Shown in pieces: positions 42,846-46,837 of a DNA stretch of 46,837 bases. The notes under the pieces were generated by a model. It was not told the DNA's origin and did no database searches. It saw only the letters and a list, made by a program, of their open reading frames with translations. The stretch lies in the sequence record PZ502447.1; one strand, written 5' to 3'. Within the stretch, counting starts at the first letter, position 1; every line of letters starts with the position of its first letter. Source of the stretch: a phage. Position numbers and translations under genes: made by a program.

Positions 42846-45818
42846 TTAGTTGTAACCGCGCAAGAACTGATACGCTCTGCCACCCTGTTGGAATGATTTG
42901 CTGATTTCCTCAGCCACGATAACCTTAACTCCAGATTCTATCGCCTTAGCATCATTTCCGCCACCGATTCCAGAGTTTACGTTAACCGTCACACCACCAA
43001 CACTGACATTAGTACCGCCGACAACCCCACCATTAGCATAACCAGATGGCCCACCAACAGCACCTCCATTTGCATAACCGCGCATCAGCTTGTACAGATT
43101 CTTAACACCAATCCTGCTTGTAGCCTCTTTTGTGAATACAAACTCACCACGGTGAACAGTCCCAGCAGGTTGATATTTCCCGCCATCACCAGTATAACCT
43201 CCGCCAGCAAAACCAAGCGCACTACCAATTGAACCAATAGCGCCGCCAGTACCACCAAAACTACTCAGACTTGACTCAATGGCCTTAACAATTAAGAGTT
43301 GAGTCGCAATCCTGGCAATCTGTTTCAGGATCTCAACGGTAAAACTCCTGAAGTCTGCCGTGCCAGTTGTTACAAGGCTGGTGATCTGCTCGGTAATTCC
43401 GGTAAAGACGGAAGTGGTCAATTCACCAGCGATAGAGAATGCATCTGTCGCGCTCTCTGCCCAATTAGCGAAGGATGATTGCACACCAGCAAGCCAGTTT
43501 TCACGTAGCGCATCCTCTTGAGCATAGAAATTACGCCTGGCTTCTAGTAATGCCTGAAAATCAGTATCATCTACAGAACCACCTTTGTTTACCTGATTGG
43601 ATTGAAGTGCCTGAAGCTCTTTTGCTCTTTGCTTCTCCCTGTCAGATAAATTAGCAGCAAGTGAAAAATTATTTGCTTCATTTGTAATCTGCACAGTCTT
43701 CTTAAGGTTGTCATCAAGTAACTTGTTTGACCTCTCCTGAAGCACAATCTGGTCACCAAGTTCAGCCTTCTGTTTAGCCTGTTCAAGAATGATATTCTTC
43801 TGCGCAAGTAGCTTAGCCTGTGATTTTGTAAGCGTACCATCCGCTTGTCTTTGTTCAAGTATTGCAAACTTCGCTTCTTCCTGGAATAACTGCTTTCTTT
43901 CATTGCTTATTACATCATTTATCGTTCTGTGCTCTTGTAAGACCTTTAACTGAGCCTGAAGTGCAAGAACGCCAGATTCATAAGATAAAGTTAAATCCCT
44001 TTCTTCTTTTACAGCCTTTTTCCTCTCACTCCTTGCTTTCTTTATCGCATCATACTCATCGGCAAGAGCCTTCTTCCTTGCTGCAAACTCCTTATCGGTT
44101 GATGCATTATTGCCGCTAAGGTTGGTGTTATTGTTGTTCTCGACATAACCAAGCTCACCCTTCCTGATTCTCGCATCTCGCTCAGCTATGCTTTTTGCTA
44201 ACTCCTCATTTTGCTTCTTAGCTGCATCAACAATCTTTTGCTGCTCAGCGATTGCTTCATTGCCTAAATCGCCAAGTCCAGGTATTGACTGAAGTGTCTT
44301 GGTTGCTGCTATTGCAAACTCGCCCAATAGGATATCGCCGGAGTTTATTAACGACCTTATCTGCTCAATAGTCCCAGCAACAACGTCAGTTATTAAGTTA
44401 AGCGCCCCAAGCGTCCTTTTGCTTATATCATCCCAAATCTCACTTACAAACTTCCTGAAGCTATTCCATGCGCTCTCAAGAGGGTTAAGGCTTAGTGCTA
44501 CGTCTGCTAGCCTGTTTTCCATAACGTTAGCGAATAGCTCAGTAGCTGCGGTTACAGCCTCTGTTTCTCCAGCCGTCTTCCTGATATTCTCAATGTATTT
44601 CAATTGCCCAGACTGAAGGAAGTTGAACTGCTTATCGAGTGCAATCAGACCTTGAATTGGGTCATTTGTAATCTGATCAAAGTATCCAAGAATAGTTTTC
44701 GAGTCTGTTGATGTTACAGTTGCCCATTGTGCTGTCGCCTTGGTTATCTTATCTATCTGCGTAAGAGTCAGATTACCGTTTGCTACCAGGCTGTTAGCTA
44801 TCTCCTGGATAAGTCCGCGCGTGGCTAGTGTTGAACTCTCAATTCCATCAACAACCTGATTTATCTGCGCTGTCGACGTGATAGTTGAGTTGCCAACCAA
44901 TGTTATCGTTGATGCTAGTCCGCGAGTGTTCTTGTCAGCCTGATAAGCAGCAACACCAAGAGCGCCGAGGGCCAAGCCCAAAGTCCCAACAACTGCCGTT
45001 AATGGGTTAATGGCTGCCAGTGCGAACCTTGCGGTGTTAGCAATACCACCAAAGCTATCCTTAATCTGCCCACCCTGCTGAATTGCAATGAGCCAGATTG
45101 GGATGCCGCCAGCAAGAGATGTTCCGATATCTGTAATCTGAGCTGGTAGCTGTCGTATTGCTTGCTTGTACTGACCGGCGCTTAAACCTGACTTAACAAA
45201 AGCGGAGCTTTGCTTCTGTAACTGAACAGCAGATGCCTCGGCGGCCTTGCCAATCCTGTCGATAATCGGTGCCGCTTGGTCACTAACTCCGAGTTGAGCA
45301 GCCTTAAGTTGAAGTAGTTCAGTCCTTGTAAGGCTTGCTGCATTCGCCTCGTTCTCAAGAGATTGAATGAACTTTTGCGCGGCTGCTGTTGCCTTTTCTT
45401 TATCTATTGATGCCTGTAGTGCAGCTCGCCCTTCCTCGCTAAGAGCTGCTTTAGACCTGTTTAGCTTATTTATTTGAGTTTCAATAACAGAGCCAAGCCG
45501 GAAGAACTCATCATCAGGAACTATTCCAGATTCAAACGCCTTGTCTAATTCAGTTGCTGCTTTCTGAAGCTTCTGGAATTTAGCGGCAGTTGGGTCTATG
45601 ACTTGTTGAAGTGATGCGAAAGATTTGCGCTGCTCCTCAAGCTGCCTTGCGGTGTCCCTTGCTTGAGTCTTGGCTACAAGTTCGGCGTTGACGAAGCTAT
45701 TAATGCCTGTTGCAGCTTGCTCGTTTGCTTGCCTGAATTTCTGTAAGGATTGCGTACCCTTATCGACCTGAGCTACGTCGACGGCTAGCGTGATACCAGC
45801 AATTTCGTTAGTTGCCAT
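42846..45818 (-). CDS. tail tape measure protein
   Basis: 990 aa, largely alpha-helical/coiled-coil composition (Ala/Gln/Leu/Lys/Glu-rich) with a Gly-rich C-terminal region; preceded by the G/GT chaperone pair. Confidence 0.85.
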   Translation of the reverse strand: MATNEIAGITLAVDVAQVDKGTQSLQKFRQANEQAATGINSFVNAELVAKTQARDTARQLEEQRKSFASLQQVIDPTAAKFQKLQKAATELDKAFESGIVPDDEFFRLGSVIETQINKLNRSKAALSEEGRAALQASIDKEKATAAAQKFIQSLENEANAASLTRTELLQLKAAQLGVSDQAAPIIDRIGKAAEASAVQLQKQSSAFVKSGLSAGQYKQAIRQLPAQITDIGTSLAGGIPIWLIAIQQGGQIKDSFGGIANTARFALAAINPLTAVVGTLGLALGALGVAAYQADKNTRGLASTITLVGNSTITSTAQINQVVDGIESSTLATRGLIQEIANSLVANGNLTLTQIDKITKATAQWATVTSTDSKTILGYFDQITNDPIQGLIALDKQFNFLQSGQLKYIENIRKTAGETEAVTAATELFANVMENRLADVALSLNPLESAWNSFRKFVSEIWDDISKRTLGALNLITDVVAGTIEQIRSLINSGDILLGEFAIAATKTLQSIPGLGDLGNEAIAEQQKIVDAAKKQNEELAKSIAERDARIRKGELGYVENNNNTNLSGNNASTDKEFAARKKALADEYDAIKKARSERKKAVKEERDLTLSYESGVLALQAQLKVLQEHRTINDVISNERKQLFQEEAKFAILEQRQADGTLTKSQAKLLAQKNIILEQAKQKAELGDQIVLQERSNKLLDDNLKKTVQITNEANNFSLAANLSDREKQRAKELQALQSNQVNKGGSVDDTDFQALLEARRNFYAQEDALRENWLAGVQSSFANWAESATDAFSIAGELTTSVFTGITEQITSLVTTGTADFRSFTVEILKQIARIATQLLIVKAIESSLSSFGGTGGAIGSIGSALGFAGGGYTGDGGKYQPAGTVHRGEFVFTKEATSRIGVKNLYKLMRGYANGGAVGGPSGYANGGVVGGTNVSVGGVTVNVNSGIGGGNDAKAIESGVKVIVAEEISKSFQQGGRAYQFLRGYN

Positions 45819-45832
45819 GTTGTCTCCATAAT

Positions 45833-45856
45833 AAAAAAGCCACCCCGAAGGATGGC
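45833..45856 (-). terminator. terminator-like hairpin upstream of tape measure start
   Basis: Minus-strand GCCAUCC-UUCG-GGGUGGC (one G-U) followed by a U6 run; overlaps the GT stop codon. Confidence 0.45.
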
Positions 45857-46107
45857 TATTTCTTGGCGTTCATCATATCTAAGGCTTTAGCCTCAAGTAT
45901 TCTGATGTCGTTAAGTACCATTTCGTCATCATCTATTTTATAGACTTTGAACAAGAATGGAAGGCAATTATAATCAAGGCCTGTGGCACCGCAAGCCCCT
46001 ACTCGCCATTGAGTTGACATGGCACAGTACACATCCCAGCTTTGCATCATTGTTTCATCGAAGTATAACTCTTCAGGCTCATCACCTTCATAATCGGAAC
46101 GTTTCAT
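45856..46107 (-). CDS. tail assembly chaperone, T segment (expressed as G-T fusion by -1 frameshift)
   Basis: 83 aa ORF in the -1 frame relative to G; the frame entered after slippage at 46173-46179 runs without a stop into this ORF. Confidence 0.65.
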   Translation of the reverse strand: MKRSDYEGDEPEELYFDETMMQSWDVYCAMSTQWRVGACGATGLDYNCLPFLFKVYKIDDDEMVLNDIRILEAKALDMMNAKK

Positions 46108-46169
46108 TCCGATAGCTTCGAGTTCAGCATCCGTTGGCGGTGACTGGTATTGTAAGTATACTGCGCGTT

Positions 46170-46484
46170 TTAGTTTTTTACTCGCTGACCTGCTAGCGCT
46201 TTCATGTAGCTATCCATCAGTGATGGAACGGCACCAGGGAAAAGGTTGGCAAACTCATCTACGTTCTCATCGGTAAATGGTTCTTCTAAATCCCAGTCAG
46301 AGCAGATTTCGTTAATCAATTCTTTAGTGCTGAAGTTTTCACGATTAAGAATCTCCTGAAGTTCAGATGATTTCTTGTGCTTAACTGTTAGTACCACCTC
46401 TGCATCTTCACCATTCGCTAACTGAAACTTAACCGGAAGTTTAAAGTCAGGCAGCGCCTTAAGTGAAAGTTTAAATTTTGCCAT
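46170..46484 (-). CDS. tail assembly chaperone (lambda G-like)
   Basis: 104 aa acidic protein immediately upstream of the tape measure region; ends ...GQRVKN with slippery heptamer A_AAA_AAC spanning the last two codons. Confidence 0.7.
   Translation of the reverse strand: MAKFKLSLKALPDFKLPVKFQLANGEDAEVVLTVKHKKSSELQEILNRENFSTKELINEICSDWDLEEPFTDENVDEFANLFPGAVPSLMDSYMKALAGQRVKN
46173..46179 (-). other. programmed -1 ribosomal frameshift slippery site (A_AAA_AAC)
   Basis: Heptamer AAAAAAC in X_XXY_YYZ register at codons K-N just before the G stop; the -1 frame continues ...KKLKRAVYLQYQSPPTDAELEAIG and merges with ORF 45856..46107. Confidence 0.7.
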
Positions 46485-46519
46485 CTCGTTATCTCCTTTG
46501 TTTGTGTTGAATGATTATA

Positions 46520-46768
46520 TTACTTTGATTCGTTTTTTACAATGTTGTGAGCAACTTCGGTGCACACTTCACGACCATAGTGCAGAATCTGGTTTGTCTT
46601 ATCGCCAGCTACTTTTTCACAATGCGAGTATGCACTATTAAATTCATGTTCATACTTTATTGCATCAGAGTTTGCGGTTTCGCCACCAGTTGGGTTAACA
46701 ATCTGAATTGCCAGGTAGAAAGCACCAAGAGCAGCAGCAAGTTTGATGATGTTTTTAACGTTGTTCAT
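46520..46768 (-). CDS. hypothetical small membrane/secreted protein
   Basis: 82 aa with N-terminal hydrophobic helix IIKLAAALGAFYLAIQIV; has its own promoter module and sits between the major tail and chaperone genes. Confidence 0.5.
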   Translation of the reverse strand: MNNVKNIIKLAAALGAFYLAIQIVNPTGGETANSDAIKYEHEFNSAYSHCEKVAGDKTNQILHYGREVCTEVAHNIVKNESK

Positions 46769-46783
46769 TTCACTAATATCTCA

Positions 46784-46837
46784 TTTCGTTTCGATGAATG
46801 AACTATACAGCAATCCGCGATTTGGTCTTTAACAAAA
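46784..46837 (-). promoter_or_regulatory. conserved promoter module spanning the window junction
   Basis: Leader CATCGAAACGAAATGAGA at 46784-46800 and TATAGT at 46801-46807; the upstream motif GTCTTTAACAAAAAGTGCTATCAAT is split between 46825-46837 and 1-12. Confidence 0.5.

Overview
This window reads as a densely packed genome of a tailed, T1-like siphophage of Gram-negative hosts, possibly complete; all assignments are by eye, with no database search run. Most genes lie on the minus strand, with a lambda-like morphogenesis order (terminase small subunit, HNH, terminase large subunit, portal, head morphogenesis, scaffold, major capsid, connector proteins, major tail, G/GT chaperones, tape measure, M, L, K, I, J) that wraps across the window ends. 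Also present are an Erf/exonuclease/SSB recombination module, an SF2 helicase, a primase, a lysis cassette (holin, SAR-endolysin, unimolecular spanin), a dNMP kinase/phosphatase cluster, five HNH endonuclease genes, one tRNA-Arg(CCU) and a long early region of very small genes. ORF-track starts that fall on GTG/TTG or inside promoter/leader sequence were moved to the nearest ATG with a Shine-Dalgarno. The most unusual signals are regulatory: a promoter-like module repeated at 17 or more gene starts, and two copies of a roughly 250 bp composite element at the two divergent strand-switch regions, which are origin or control-region candidates. No integrase, CRISPR array or rRNA was seen.
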